Source: Pseudoalteromonas translucida KMM 520 (GTDB lineage: Bacteria; Pseudomonadota; Gammaproteobacteria; Enterobacterales; Alteromonadaceae). From it: a DNA stretch of 32,000 bases. Positions 17,051-26,101 of the stretch are shown one piece after another (within the stretch, counting starts at the first letter, position 1; every line of letters starts with the position of its first letter). The position numbers were made by a program, and so were the translations under genes. Under the pieces are notes generated by a model, which was not told where the DNA came from, searched no databases, and saw nothing but the letters and a program-made list of their open reading frames with translations. The stretch is taken from the NCBI RefSeq assembly GCF_001465295.1, contig NZ_CP011035.1, positions 1 through 32,000 of the forward strand, read 5' to 3'.

Positions 17051-18434
17051 CGCTCGACCTATGTCGCTGACCATGCGGGTAGTGTTGTTTATTGCTGTTA
17101 CTGTAATAGCCTGTTTAACCTTAGTGGCGTCATTAATTAACTCCTCCATTGAACATCACTTTATTGAGCAAGACAGTGGCGAGTTAAAGGTTATTAGCCA
17201 GTCAGTTGCAGCTGTTTTAGCCCAGCAGCATAGCTCAAGTACAGCATTGGGGCAGGCATTATCCAAAGCTGTAGCAGGGCATCATGGTGTTTATTATCAA
17301 GTAAATAGCCAACAAGGAACCTTAATTTACCAAAGTTCAGATCGCGATTTTACTAAGCAGATTATGAGCGCGCCATCGGCGCTTGGTTTTAACCGCGATA
17401 ACATAGTGCTTTGGCAAGCTAATGATCATACCTATCGCGCATTAGTCAGCGACTTTAACGTGCAGCAACAGCAATATAAAATTACCGCCGCCATTGATAT
17501 GAGCTTTCATAAACATTTTTTGCGCCAATTTAAACAAAGTCTATGGGTGATTATGTTTGGCTCAGCGGTGCTCATTTTACTCGTTGCTTGGTTTGCGGTA
17601 CATCAGGGGTTAAATCCACTACGTGGCTTAAGCAAAAAAATATATGACATTCAAACCCATAAAATGGATGTTAGGTTAGATGAAAGTAAAGTGCCGATTG
17701 AGCTGGTGAATATGGTGCATTCATTTAATGCCATGTTGGATAGATTACAAGATGAGTTTATGCGCTTATCAAATTTTTCTACCGATATAGCTCACGAACT
17801 GCGTACTCCGCTTACTAACATTATTACTCAAACACAAGTTGGCTTAACAAAAAAACGCGACCTTGTGCAATACCAAGAACTGTTGTTTTCAAACCTTGAA
17901 GAACTAGAGCGACTAACAAAAATGGTTAGTGATATGTTGTGGTTGGCAAAAACTCAAAATGGACTAATAAAAGCACAACAACAAGTATTACAAAGTGATG
18001 AAGAAATAGACGCGTTACTAGAATACTTTGATGCGGTAGCTGAAGATGCCAATATTACCTTTATTAAACAAGGTAGTAATGTTGAGTTTTATTGTGAACA
18101 ATTACACTTTAGGCAGTTGTTATCTAATTTATTATCAAATGCGATTAGGTATACTCCAGCAGGCGAATCAATAACTATTAAGAGTGAGCGCATTGGCAGT
18201 GATCAAGTGTGTATTTCGGTTATTAACCCAGGCGAAAAAATAGCAGCAGAGCATTTACCCTATTTATTTGACCGATTTTATCGAGCCGATAAATCAAGGC
18301 AGCGACAAGGCAACGGCGCGGGTTTAGGGCTTGCGATAGTAAAAGCGCTAGTTACAGCAAATGGGGGCGAAATAGTGGTAACCTCAAATGAAAACACTCG
18401 CTTTAACGTGTTTTTTAAACACATAAAAAGTTGA
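17037..18434 (+). CDS. copS: Copper-sensing histidine kinase (CusS/CopS type)
   Basis: 465 aa. Two TM segments flank a periplasmic domain. HAMP region, H-box [15 protein letters not shown]-box [10 protein letters not shown]-boxes DRFYRAD and GAGLGLAIV. Overlaps copR by 14 nt. Confidence 0.9.
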   Translation: MPKTNARPMSLTMRVVLFIAVTVIACLTLVASLINSSIEHHFIEQDSGELKVISQSVAAVLAQQHSSSTALGQALSKAVAGHHGVYYQVNSQQGTLIYQSSDRDFTKQIMSAPSALGFNRDNIVLWQANDHTYRALVSDFNVQQQQYKITAAIDMSFHKHFLRQFKQSLWVIMFGSAVLILLVAWFAVHQGLNPLRGLSKKIYDIQTHKMDVRLDESKVPIELVNMVHSFNAMLDRLQDEFMRLSNFSTDIAHELRTPLTNIITQTQVGLTKKRDLVQYQELLFSNLEELERLTKMVSDMLWLAKTQNGLIKAQQQVLQSDEEIDALLEYFDAVAEDANITFIKQGSNVEFYCEQLHFRQLLSNLLSNAIRYTPAGESITIKSERIGSDQVCISVINPGEKIAAEHLPYLFDRFYRADKSRQRQGNGAGLGLAIVKALVTANGGEIVVTSNENTRFNVFFKHIKS

Positions 18435-18474
18435 GCTTAACCCTCTTATTAGCACAGTAGCCATAGCGTAAAAT

Positions 18475-18526
18475 ACAATTTAAATTGTGGCTTTATTATG
18501 CAAACTGTAATGGGGGTTTACAGTTT
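18475..18526 (+). repeat. Right copy of the ~50-nt direct repeat flanking the copper island
   Basis: ACAATTTAAATTGTGGCTTTATTATGCAAACTGTAATGGGGGTTTACAGTTT. Contains a 12-bp-stem hairpin TGCAAACTGTAA/TTACAGTTTGCA. Same orientation as 10995-11047. Confidence 0.8.
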
Positions 18527-18613
18527 GCATAAGCGAAAACCAACGAAAAAAAGCAGTGCCAATTAACATTAGCGTTTAGTATTATCGATTGACACAAAAA
18601 GTACCAATTGTAG

Positions 18614-18639
18614 GTCGGATAAGCGAAGCGCCATCCGAC
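18614..18639. repeat. REP-like extragenic palindrome
   Basis: GTCGGAT-AAGCGAAGCGCC-ATCCGAC, preceded by GTAG. Closely resembles the enterobacterial REP consensus GTAGGYCGGATAAGGCG...CGCCGCATCCGRC as I recall it. Confidence 0.4.
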
Positions 18640-18768
18640 ACAGTAAAATATCTTGCCAATTTATTATCAGCATTTTATGTTGTCGAATGGCTGGAAAGTG
18701 CCATTTGCGGACATTGGAAACGCTCAAATCAGCGAGCGCCGCTTTTTGGCGTCCGCTGCCTTTGCTTA

Positions 18769-19329
18769 TTAGGCATTTCCTCTGTTGCTTGGATGAATTC
18801 GCTCTTTAAGAATGCGGGTTAGATCTTCAACAGATAATGGACCAAAGTCTATATTTTTTCGAATTTCTCCGAAAACGGAAAACATTCTTCCGTGCCCTTC
18901 TAAAGATGGGCAATGAGAGTTGAAATTTCTACCTTTGAATTCTTCAAATCGCCCTAAATCATTAACAATAAAAGATGCAGTTCCCATATAGGAAGATTCA
19001 TTATTTCCATCAAATCCCGGAAACTTTGGGTCTTTTCCAAACGGTTTTGCCGCCTCTTCTAAGTTTGCTTTTTCTTCGTCTGACAACTGCTCATAACTAT
19101 GCTCAATAAAGCTCCACATATCTAATATATCAAGGACTTCTTTAACAATTTCTGGATCATCTTGATCTTCAAAAGGTATTCCAGAATATTTCCACGGTAT
19201 TGCCCATAAGTTATTACTAAATATTGCAGACTGAATAAATTTCGGCTCAATTTCACCGTCTATTTCTAGGTTCTCATACAGCTCACTCAGCATCAGGAGT
19301 ATTAGTTTTTCACCATCTGATATTTTCAT
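18769..19329 (-). CDS. YfbU-family (UPF0304) protein; third gene of the low-GC cassette
   Basis: Collinear resemblance to E. coli YfbU from memory: N-terminal xxEKLILLML (YfbU AQRLILSNQ), central FPGFDGNNESSYMGTASFIVNDLGRFEEF (YfbU [29 protein letters not shown]), and a C-terminal GRMFSVF / LSVEDL region. The track start is TTG 19341. I prefer ATG 19329, which has GGAAG 6 nt upstream. Confidence 0.65.
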   Translation of the reverse strand: MKISDGEKLILLMLSELYENLEIDGEIEPKFIQSAIFSNNLWAIPWKYSGIPFEDQDDPEIVKEVLDILDMWSFIEHSYEQLSDEEKANLEEAAKPFGKDPKFPGFDGNNESSYMGTASFIVNDLGRFEEFKGRNFNSHCPSLEGHGRMFSVFGEIRKNIDFGPLSVEDLTRILKERIHPSNRGNA

Positions 19330-19342
19330 ATTATCTTCCAAA

Positions 19343-19843
19343 TTATTTAGCTAATATTGAGCGTTCCTGACGCTCGTCAGCGAGATCTTTAACAAAGGGC
19401 ATGAAGCTATTAATCTTGTAATAAATCCTCTTCCCAACTTCTTTAATAGTTTCAGGGCCAGAAGCATCCGATAACGCTTCAATATCTTCATTTAACTCAT
19501 CGCACAGTGCGCTAGCTTTATTTACAAAGAGATCGGAGAAATTTGAGCTTTGCTCATTCAGAAGCCGTGCATACTCCTCTACCTCCTTTGCAATACTATG
19601 AAAGTCGACACCTTTAAGCTTTTTGGCGTTGCATGACGGACCTATTTTTGATACTACGGATAAAATTCTATCTGTTTGGGCATGAACTTTTGAAACCTCA
19701 ACTAAACGTCTACGATCAATCATCTCGTCTCTAACTTTTACTGCCTGAGACGCAGAATCTGCAGCCTTGTTAGCTTCGATAAATGCCCATATCGCAGCCC
19801 CGATAGATGCAACCGATCCTAGTATTGATAATATAGTTTCCAT
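19343..19843 (-). CDS. Hypothetical single-pass membrane-anchored helical protein; second gene of the cassette
   Basis: 166 aa. N-terminal hydrophobic helix ILSILGSVASIGAAIWAFI; the rest is charged and helical. GAGG Shine-Dalgarno 5 nt before the ATG. Its stop lies 1 nt from the next track ORF. No family recognised. Confidence 0.6.
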   Translation of the reverse strand: METILSILGSVASIGAAIWAFIEANKAADSASQAVKVRDEMIDRRRLVEVSKVHAQTDRILSVVSKIGPSCNAKKLKGVDFHSIAKEVEEYARLLNEQSSNFSDLFVNKASALCDELNEDIEALSDASGPETIKEVGKRIYYKINSFMPFVKDLADERQERSILAK

Positions 19844-19916
19844 TTATACCTCAGGTTGTTCTTTAGGGTTGCCTAACGCCTCAAACACAGCCGTAATTCG
19901 TCCAGTAATTGACTTG

Positions 19917-20534
19917 CTAGGTATTTTCATCACCCATAATGTGATCATAAACTTCAGGTGGTAGGTCGATGGTAATACTATGAACCTTCATTTTAATTAG
20001 CCTAAGAAATTCAGATTTAACCCATATGTAAGCTTTGGACACATTAGATATATCATCACTAGTAATTTGAATATCGTAAAACGTTCTTGGATGCGTCAAT
20101 TTATTCCTTGCTTCTTTCGCTATTAAAAAAGCGCTATATTTTTCATCATTAGTATTAAGATTAAACCCCTCAAGCCCCCAAACTTTTGATGCTAGAGAAA
20201 ACGTTTTCTTAATATTCTCATCTATGGGTATGAAAAATGGAATTGTTTCTTCATTTCTAATTTTCTCTTCAAATAAAACTTCAGAATTTTTTTTTGTGAG
20301 GGAGTAAGAAAACCTATTTAATCGTAAATCACTTTTTATTTCATACTTGATAATATGAACGACAGCCTCAATGAAAGAAAATACATTTCTTACTGCGGCT
20401 CTTCTTAAATGTTGTGACTTCTTATCAGATTCTAAAATCTTGTAAGATTCAAGGACATCATCTAATAAATGCTCAAATAGTTTATGCATTCTTGTGGATC
20501 CTTCACCTAATAATATATCGGGGGATGACGCCAT
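19917..20534 (-). CDS. Hypothetical protein with a HEPN-like Rx4H motif (candidate RNase); first gene of the cassette
   Basis: 205 aa. AGGAG Shine-Dalgarno 5 nt upstream of the ATG. R143-N-K-L-T-H148 (codons at 20108-20091) in the C-terminal half of an apparently all-helical protein. An upstream helix RRAAVRNVFSFIEAVVHII resembles the first conserved helix of several HEPN families. The fold assignment is inference. Confidence 0.5.
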   Translation of the reverse strand: MASSPDILLGEGSTRMHKLFEHLLDDVLESYKILESDKKSQHLRRAAVRNVFSFIEAVVHIIKYEIKSDLRLNRFSYSLTKKNSEVLFEEKIRNEETIPFFIPIDENIKKTFSLASKVWGLEGFNLNTNDEKYSAFLIAKEARNKLTHPRTFYDIQITSDDISNVSKAYIWVKSEFLRLIKMKVHSITIDLPPEVYDHIMGDENT

Positions 20535-20817
20535 ACTTACTCCTGATACCTAACAATTTAATAATACGCTCATCGCTGCCGACTTAACGCTCATTCATCT
20601 ACTTTATATAGTTTTAACAAATAACCTAAGTTATTACTATAACTAAGTTTTCTAAAGTTTTTAGGTAAAGTTAAATGAACCAATATGCGCGCAGCGCTCA
20701 TTTTCATGAATATATGCGCAAAAGTAGTTTGACCACTCAATTGACTATTATATTTATCCAATCTCAATGACTGGTTATCGCTCTATGCTGCCACCTAAAA
20801 AATTAAGCTTTAAAACG

Positions 20818-20846
20818 CAGTAAGCGCATATAAAATGCGCTTACTG
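20818..20846 (-). terminator. Hairpin downstream of the permease gene
   Basis: CAGTAAGCGCAT-ATAAA-ATGCGCTTACTG, a 12-bp perfect stem 32 nt past the stop. The U-tract on the minus strand is weak (CGTTTTAAAG). Confidence 0.45.
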
Positions 20847-20877
20847 GGAGTAATTTACTTTAAGCTAACTTTTAAAG

Positions 20878-22395
20878 TTAGTGCCTAAAGCTTGATACTA
20901 ACGCGGGTATACCTGGCAGCATGCCTACCATGGCCATTACGCTGGTTAGTAATACAAACATGACTAGTGGAATAACCCAGCGGCTCATGCGGGTAAGTTC
21001 TTTACTTCTTTCTTTACAACCAATAAAGCCTAAGTTGTCTAGCAATATGGTGAGTGACCAACCAAATGCAGGGTTAACTAAGCTTGAAGCAAATACTACA
21101 ATAGCAGCTGATTGGGTGGTTTTACCTACGCGAGTCATTTCCATGCCGGCTTCTAGTAGTGGAATAAATACCCCTACTATTAGCGCTACACATAGCACTG
21201 GTTGCCAAATTGCAAGGTCCATAGGGTAGCCCCATACGCCAGCAATAATACAAAATAGTGCGGTTAAAATAGCGCCTGCTGGTATTGGGCGTTTAGCAAT
21301 GGCTGCTGGCACTATGTAAGTACCCCACGATGATGCAAAGTTAGCGCCGCCCAGTAGCGAGCCAAAGGTTTGCCTAACTGATGCGCTAAGCATGGTGTCG
21401 TCTATGTTCATTTGTACTTTTTCGGTACGTTTTGGGTAGCTTATTTTTTGAAATACCTGATGGCCTAAAAAGTCCGGCGACCACATAGCAACAGCAAGCA
21501 CTGCAAATGGCAGTACTACTACAAAGCTTTCTAGGGTAGGTAGGCCTAACATCCAGCCGGTGTCTTCGCCCCACCAGTACATAGGGTCCATGTTTGGTAG
21601 GCCCGGTGCAGTATGAAACTCAAACGGTGCGCCTAATGCAAAGGCTATTGCGCCGCCTAAAATACAGCTAAGTGGTACGGCTAACCAACGCTTTTTAAAA
21701 TGCTCTAACATGGCATATAAAATTATAGTGGAAAAAATAACAATAAAGGCAATGTGGGTCATATCGATGGCTTCGGCCCATGCAAACAGCTTTTTAACTT
21801 GCGAGGTTATGCCTATAAACCCTAGGTAGAGTAAAAGCCCGCCACATACGCCTTTACTGGTTAGTTTAGCCAGTAGTGTTCCGCCTTTACTTATTGCCAA
21901 AATTAAACCAAAGGCTGCTATGAGCAAGCCAAATGCCATAGGATGCCCCCCTGCTGCAACTACAATTGGAATTAACGGAATTAAAGGGCCATGAGTACCG
22001 GCTAAGTTAGCGGTAGGTAAAATAAAGCCTGAAAACAAAATAATAAAAAAGGCGACGATAAGTAATTCGTAACGCACGTTTTCTAAAACAAAAGCGTCGC
22101 TTAAACCCAGTGGGCTTGCAAACGTTGCGGCAATGGCGGCAACCATAACCACTTTACCTATGGTGGCAGCCATTGCAGGAATAGCGTCTTCAAATTCGAA
22201 CCTGTAGTCTCTAAAGGGTAAGTTTGGGCGCCAGCGTTTAGGCTGCATAATTTGCAGCTCGTGTTCTAGGTATTCGTCTCGGCTATTAAACTCAGAGCTA
22301 GGCTTGTATAGATTTTTATAGCTATTGGCAGCGGTTTGAGTATCCGCTCCTGGTTTTGCATCAGATGAAATATCATCTTGCGGCGTGGTATTCAT
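20878..22395 (-). CDS. Polytopic inner-membrane permease, family not confidently recognised
   Basis: About 12 hydrophobic segments and a hydrophilic N-terminus. I prefer ATG 22395 (AGGAG 6 nt upstream, MNTTPQ) over the GTG at 22422 in the track. Confidence 0.7.
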   Translation of the reverse strand: MNTTPQDDISSDAKPGADTQTAANSYKNLYKPSSEFNSRDEYLEHELQIMQPKRWRPNLPFRDYRFEFEDAIPAMAATIGKVVMVAAIAATFASPLGLSDAFVLENVRYELLIVAFFIILFSGFILPTANLAGTHGPLIPLIPIVVAAGGHPMAFGLLIAAFGLILAISKGGTLLAKLTSKGVCGGLLLYLGFIGITSQVKKLFAWAEAIDMTHIAFIVIFSTIILYAMLEHFKKRWLAVPLSCILGGAIAFALGAPFEFHTAPGLPNMDPMYWWGEDTGWMLGLPTLESFVVVLPFAVLAVAMWSPDFLGHQVFQKISYPKRTEKVQMNIDDTMLSASVRQTFGSLLGGANFASSWGTYIVPAAIAKRPIPAGAILTALFCIIAGVWGYPMDLAIWQPVLCVALIVGVFIPLLEAGMEMTRVGKTTQSAAIVVFASSLVNPAFGWSLTILLDNLGFIGCKERSKELTRMSRWVIPLVMFVLLTSVMAMVGMLPGIPALVSSFRH

Positions 22396-22999
22396 GGCTT
22401 CTCCTGCAACATAGTTGCTCACTCAAAATAAAAATACAGCTTTGTTTAAAGCAAATAAAAATTGAGGCGGCAGGATAAAGCAGCTAGCAACAGATTACGA
22501 TTAGTCAAAGGTCTTGTATGAAACCATTTTATAACATTTATATACCTATGGCTGAATGTAGGATTTGGTGTTAAATGTATTTTTTATTGTTTTTAAACAG
22601 ATGGTTAGCTTGTTTTTATAAAGGTTAAAGTGCAGTGGATTATTTTTTAGCATTTACAGCAATAATAAAAATTAAAATAATTTTATCTGTATTTATATTA
22701 TGTTACTTAAACAAATAGGGTATTTAGCCATGTTTTAGCTGAAAATTTAACTAAAGTTTGGTTATTGATACAAAAATAACGCAGCAGAATAATAATGTGT
22801 GGCTTTGCATCTCTCTATAATTAGCAGGTTATTACAAGCGAGCTTAATTGCTTTAACAAGGATAAAAAACAGTTTACTGTTTTTGTTAGCGCTCATCAGA
22901 TAGAATCCGCCTTATGATTTTTACTTGTTAAGTATTTTCAAAACCGTAACGTTTAAATAGCGAGACCTTCTTATCCTTTTAGAAAATGATACAAAACCA

Positions 23000-23869
23000 A
23001 TGAATGATATAACGATAGCAACTCACAACGGTACTTTTCATGCAGATGATGTTTTTAGTGTAGCTGCACTTAAGTATATTTATCCTTCTTTTAAACTTAT
23101 ACGCACCCGCGATATGGAGCTTATAAGCAAAGCCGATGTTGTGATTGATGTAGGTGGCGAGCATAACCCAGAGACAGGCCGTTTTGATCACCATCAACGT
23201 GGCGGTGCCGGGGCGCGTGAAAACGGTATTCCTTTTTCTTCATTTGGTTTAATTTGGCAAAAATATGGCCTTGAAATATGCCAAGGCAGCCAAGAAACAG
23301 CCAATGCAATTGACTCTGGTTTAGTATCTACTATTGATGCAATTGACTGCGGCCATGTTGAAGGCGTTGCTAAAGGCATTAGCCTTAGCCAAACTATTTC
23401 AATGTTTAACCCAACGTGGCAAGAAGAGAGCAACTTTGATGCCTGTTTTGATGAAGCGGTTGAGTTTGCATCGCGCATTTTAACTCGCTTTATTGCTGCG
23501 GCTAACGGTGGCATTAATGCAAAAGCAATTGTTGCTAAAGCGATTGAAAATGCCGCTGATCCACGCGTAATTGTGTTAGAGCAATACACACCGTGGAAAA
23601 AAACCGTGCATGCGCTTTCTGATAAAGCATTATATATGGTTTATCCTTCGCACTCTGGCCAGTGGATTGTGCAAACTGTACCGGTTGAGCCAGGATCGTT
23701 TGAAGACCGCAAGTCACTCCCAAAACCGTGGGCTGGTTTATCTGATAAAGAATTTCAGGACGAAACTGGGCTTGAAGATGCTGTTTTTTGTCATAACGGT
23801 TTATTTATTGCTGGCGCAAAGTCGTTTTCAAGTGCGATGAAAATGGCAGCAATGGCGCTAGAAGCCTAG
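23000..23869 (+). CDS. MYG1-family (UPF0160) metal-dependent hydrolase/exonuclease
   Basis: 289 aa. Signature THNGTFHADDVFSVAAL, DVGG, and FDHHQ. Confidence 0.9.
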   Translation: MNDITIATHNGTFHADDVFSVAALKYIYPSFKLIRTRDMELISKADVVIDVGGEHNPETGRFDHHQRGGAGARENGIPFSSFGLIWQKYGLEICQGSQETANAIDSGLVSTIDAIDCGHVEGVAKGISLSQTISMFNPTWQEESNFDACFDEAVEFASRILTRFIAAANGGINAKAIVAKAIENAADPRVIVLEQYTPWKKTVHALSDKALYMVYPSHSGQWIVQTVPVEPGSFEDRKSLPKPWAGLSDKEFQDETGLEDAVFCHNGLFIAGAKSFSSAMKMAAMALEA

Positions 23870-23925
23870 TAATATAGGGCTTTAAAAGCGCTAGCCGCTA
23901 AAATTAATATTTACGCGCATAAAAA

Positions 23926-23956
23926 AACGCTAGCAAGTTAAGCTAGCGTTTTTTAA
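23926..23956. terminator. Bidirectional intrinsic terminator between MYG1 and the GyrI-like gene
   Basis: AACGCTAGC..loop..GCTAGCGTT with an A-run before and a TTTTT run after. Confidence 0.65.
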
Positions 23957-23971
23957 TTATTGCCTAAAGCA

Positions 23972-24421
23972 TTATTCTTTAACTGCTATGGCTATTTCTA
24001 CTTCATCAGCACTTTTGTAATATTCGTAGTCGCTGCTGTAGGTACGGGTAAAGAGACAGTCGTCTGAGCTAAAGTATTGCCAAATTTCGCCCCACAGATC
24101 GATTACCGCATCGGGCATTTCACCTGTCCCGTTAAATACTAAATAACTCCCTGCCTCGGTAGTTACTTTTACTGACTTTTTATCTCCAATCGACAAGTCG
24201 TCGCAACAGGCTATTACATCAAACTCACCGGTTACATCGCTTTCATAGTTAGTGTAAACACCATACGTTTTTGTATTTTTTGTTAGCTGTTGCCCATGTT
24301 TTTCACCAAATTTTTGCCAAAGCTCCGTTATTTTTGCAGTGCCAGAGTTCATTTCATCGGCGTTACACGTTCTTACCTTTAAACCAGTTAAAGTTATACT
24401 TGGGAGTTGCTTTACTTGCAT
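23972..24421 (-). CDS. GyrI-like small-molecule-binding domain protein
   Basis: Pattern LTGLKVRT..N......I.ELWQKF...YGVY..YE....G.FD....., ...GSYLVF.G.G.MP..V...W..IW..., ...YEYY...DEVEIAIAV is typical of GyrI-like/AraC effector-binding domains. ATG 24421 has an AGGAAGG Shine-Dalgarno; the track start is 24445. Confidence 0.7.
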   Translation of the reverse strand: MQVKQLPSITLTGLKVRTCNADEMNSGTAKITELWQKFGEKHGQQLTKNTKTYGVYTNYESDVTGEFDVIACCDDLSIGDKKSVKVTTEAGSYLVFNGTGEMPDAVIDLWGEIWQYFSSDDCLFTRTYSSDYEYYKSADEVEIAIAVKE

Positions 24422-24564
24422 TATGACCTTCCTTACTTCAATCACTTAGCTTTAACGTAACTATAACGTAACAGAAAAACCATTATGGACTGTAACTATT
24501 TATAAGTCCTTTAAATTATTTAATTTGAACTCTGGTTAAGAGATTTACTAATGTATTACAGCAA

Positions 24565-25434
24565 TTATAAACTCTCTTTTATTGTTTTAATTACTGTATG
24601 CATACGTTTTGCTAATGGCCTGTTGCGATGGTGGCACACGTAAATATTTTCACTTATAGGGTTTGCCAAATAATGAGTTTGTATAAGTTTAGGCTTATTA
24701 AACGCACTTATTGCATGCGCAGGTAACACAGTAAAGCCCAGGCCTAAGCTTACCGGCTCCAGTATTAAACTTATTTGATTAGAAAAGCCGGTGTGTTTTA
24801 TTTGCTCTAAATGTTCAAACTGCGGGTAGTTTTCGCTCAACAAAAGTTGCGCATGATGTTTAGCGTCGGGGTGAGCAATAAAGCCAAGTTCACATAAAAC
24901 CTGCCATGTTGGGGTTTTAATATGTGCTGGAGTAACTAATAGTAACGGCTCATTGCCTATTTTATGGCTGGTTACTTCGCTAAGCGTGGGCGCTTGGGTT
25001 AAAAAACCAATGTCGGCATTATGGTTAGCTACGGCCTGCTCAACACTCATATTTGGCGCAAAGCGGTAGTCAATATTCAGCCCTTGGTGCTTTGTTTGCA
25101 AAGCTAATAACTGGCTATAAAACTGCAATCCACAACTACCAGGCGACTGTATTTTTACTTTACCGCTGTAAGGCGAGTCGTCTTTTAATTGCTGCTCTAA
25201 AAACTGCCACTCTTTAAGTAATAAACTGCCTTGTTGATACAGATTTTGCCCATGCACAGTAAGCGAAAACTGTTTGCCGTGTCTTTCTAGCAAAGCACAG
25301 TTAACGTGCTGCTCTAATTTTTTAATGTGTTGGCTTACACCCGACTGGGTCATGTGGAGGCGATTGGCTGTTTGCGTAAAGTGATTTACCTCAACCAAAG
25401 TACAAAACGTATTTAACCATATGGGATTTATCAT
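24565..25434 (-). CDS. LysR-family transcriptional regulator
   Basis: 289 aa. N-terminal wHTH LNTFCTLVEVNHFTQTANRLHMTQSGVSQHIKKLE. Divergent from the VOC gene. Confidence 0.9.
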   Translation of the reverse strand: MINPIWLNTFCTLVEVNHFTQTANRLHMTQSGVSQHIKKLEQHVNCALLERHGKQFSLTVHGQNLYQQGSLLLKEWQFLEQQLKDDSPYSGKVKIQSPGSCGLQFYSQLLALQTKHQGLNIDYRFAPNMSVEQAVANHNADIGFLTQAPTLSEVTSHKIGNEPLLLVTPAHIKTPTWQVLCELGFIAHPDAKHHAQLLLSENYPQFEHLEQIKHTGFSNQISLILEPVSLGLGFTVLPAHAISAFNKPKLIQTHYLANPISENIYVCHHRNRPLAKRMHTVIKTIKESL

Positions 25435-25538
25435 TACAAAATGTACTCAAAATGATGATTAATGATTATTTTACTTAATTTAACTGGCTTCGTAAACTAA
25501 ACGCATTAACCAGTAACAAGATAAGCAGGAACATTATT

Positions 25539-26039
25539 ATGAGTCATACCTATCCACGTAGTTTTTCGCATATTGGTATTTCGGTACCAAACGTTGAAAA
25601 AGCAGTAGAGTTTTATACCCAAGTTATGGGTTGGTACACTATTATGGAGCCAACCGAAATACTCGAAGACAAAAGCCCAATAGGCGAAATGTGTACCGAA
25701 GTGTTTGGTGAAAAATGGGAAAAATTTAAAATAGCGCACTTATCTACAGGCGATCGTATTGGTGTAGAAATTTTTGAATTTAAAAATCAAGAAAACCCAA
25801 AAGATAACTTTGAATATTGGAAAACCGGTATTTTTCATTTTTGTGTGCAAGACCCAGATGTTGAAGGCCTAGCAGAGCGCATTGTAGCCGCCGGTGGTAA
25901 AAAACGTATGGCCGAGCCACGTTACTACTACCCAGGTGAAAAACCATACCGCATGATCTACATGGAAGACCCGTTTGGTAATATCCTAGAAATATACAGC
26001 CACAGCTACGAACTTATTTATAGCGCTGGCGCATACTAA
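25539..26039 (+). CDS. VOC (glyoxalase/bleomycin-resistance/dioxygenase) family protein
   Basis: 166 aa. FSHIGISVPNVEKAVEFYTQVMGW opening beta-alpha-beta module, followed by HFCVQDPDVEG and EDPFGNILEIYSH. Confidence 0.85.
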   Translation: MSHTYPRSFSHIGISVPNVEKAVEFYTQVMGWYTIMEPTEILEDKSPIGEMCTEVFGEKWEKFKIAHLSTGDRIGVEIFEFKNQENPKDNFEYWKTGIFHFCVQDPDVEGLAERIVAAGGKKRMAEPRYYYPGEKPYRMIYMEDPFGNILEIYSHSYELIYSAGAY

Positions 26040-26067
26040 GTTAGTGTACTTAGCATTAAAATATATA

Positions 26068-26097
26068 AAGGCTGCAGTAAGTTACTGCAGCCTTTTA
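26068..26097 (+). terminator. Intrinsic terminator after the VOC gene
   Basis: AAAGGCTGCAGTAA-GT-TTACTGCAGCCTTTT. Confidence 0.7.
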
Positions 26098-26101
26098 AAT
26101 G

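Noticed and set aside
18589-18822. 77-aa plus-strand ORF
   Set aside because: It starts at a non-ATG codon, runs through the REP-like palindrome, overlaps the 3' end of the YfbU-family gene, and has no ribosome-binding site.
20675-20770. 31-codon plus-strand ORF (MNQYARSAHFHEYMRK...) divergent from the HEPN cassette
   Set aside because: It has only a weak, distant AGGT and no recognisable fold or motif, and at this AT content the length is within chance expectation. It would be worth re-examining only if conserved next to the cassette in other genomes.
22396-22999. Long (~600 bp) AT-rich intergenic region between the permease and MYG1; looked for a riboswitch, sRNA or tRNA
   Set aside because: I could identify no conserved riboswitch core, tRNA-like T-arm or terminator-bounded unit by eye. 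It is probably two divergent promoters. A covariance-model scan would be needed to say more.
20921-23840. Track ORFs 20921-21229, 21386-21574, 22979-23197, 23121-23309, 23194-23589, 23535-23723 and 23610-23840
   Set aside because: They overlap the permease or MYG1 genes in other frames or on the other strand and show no independent signals.
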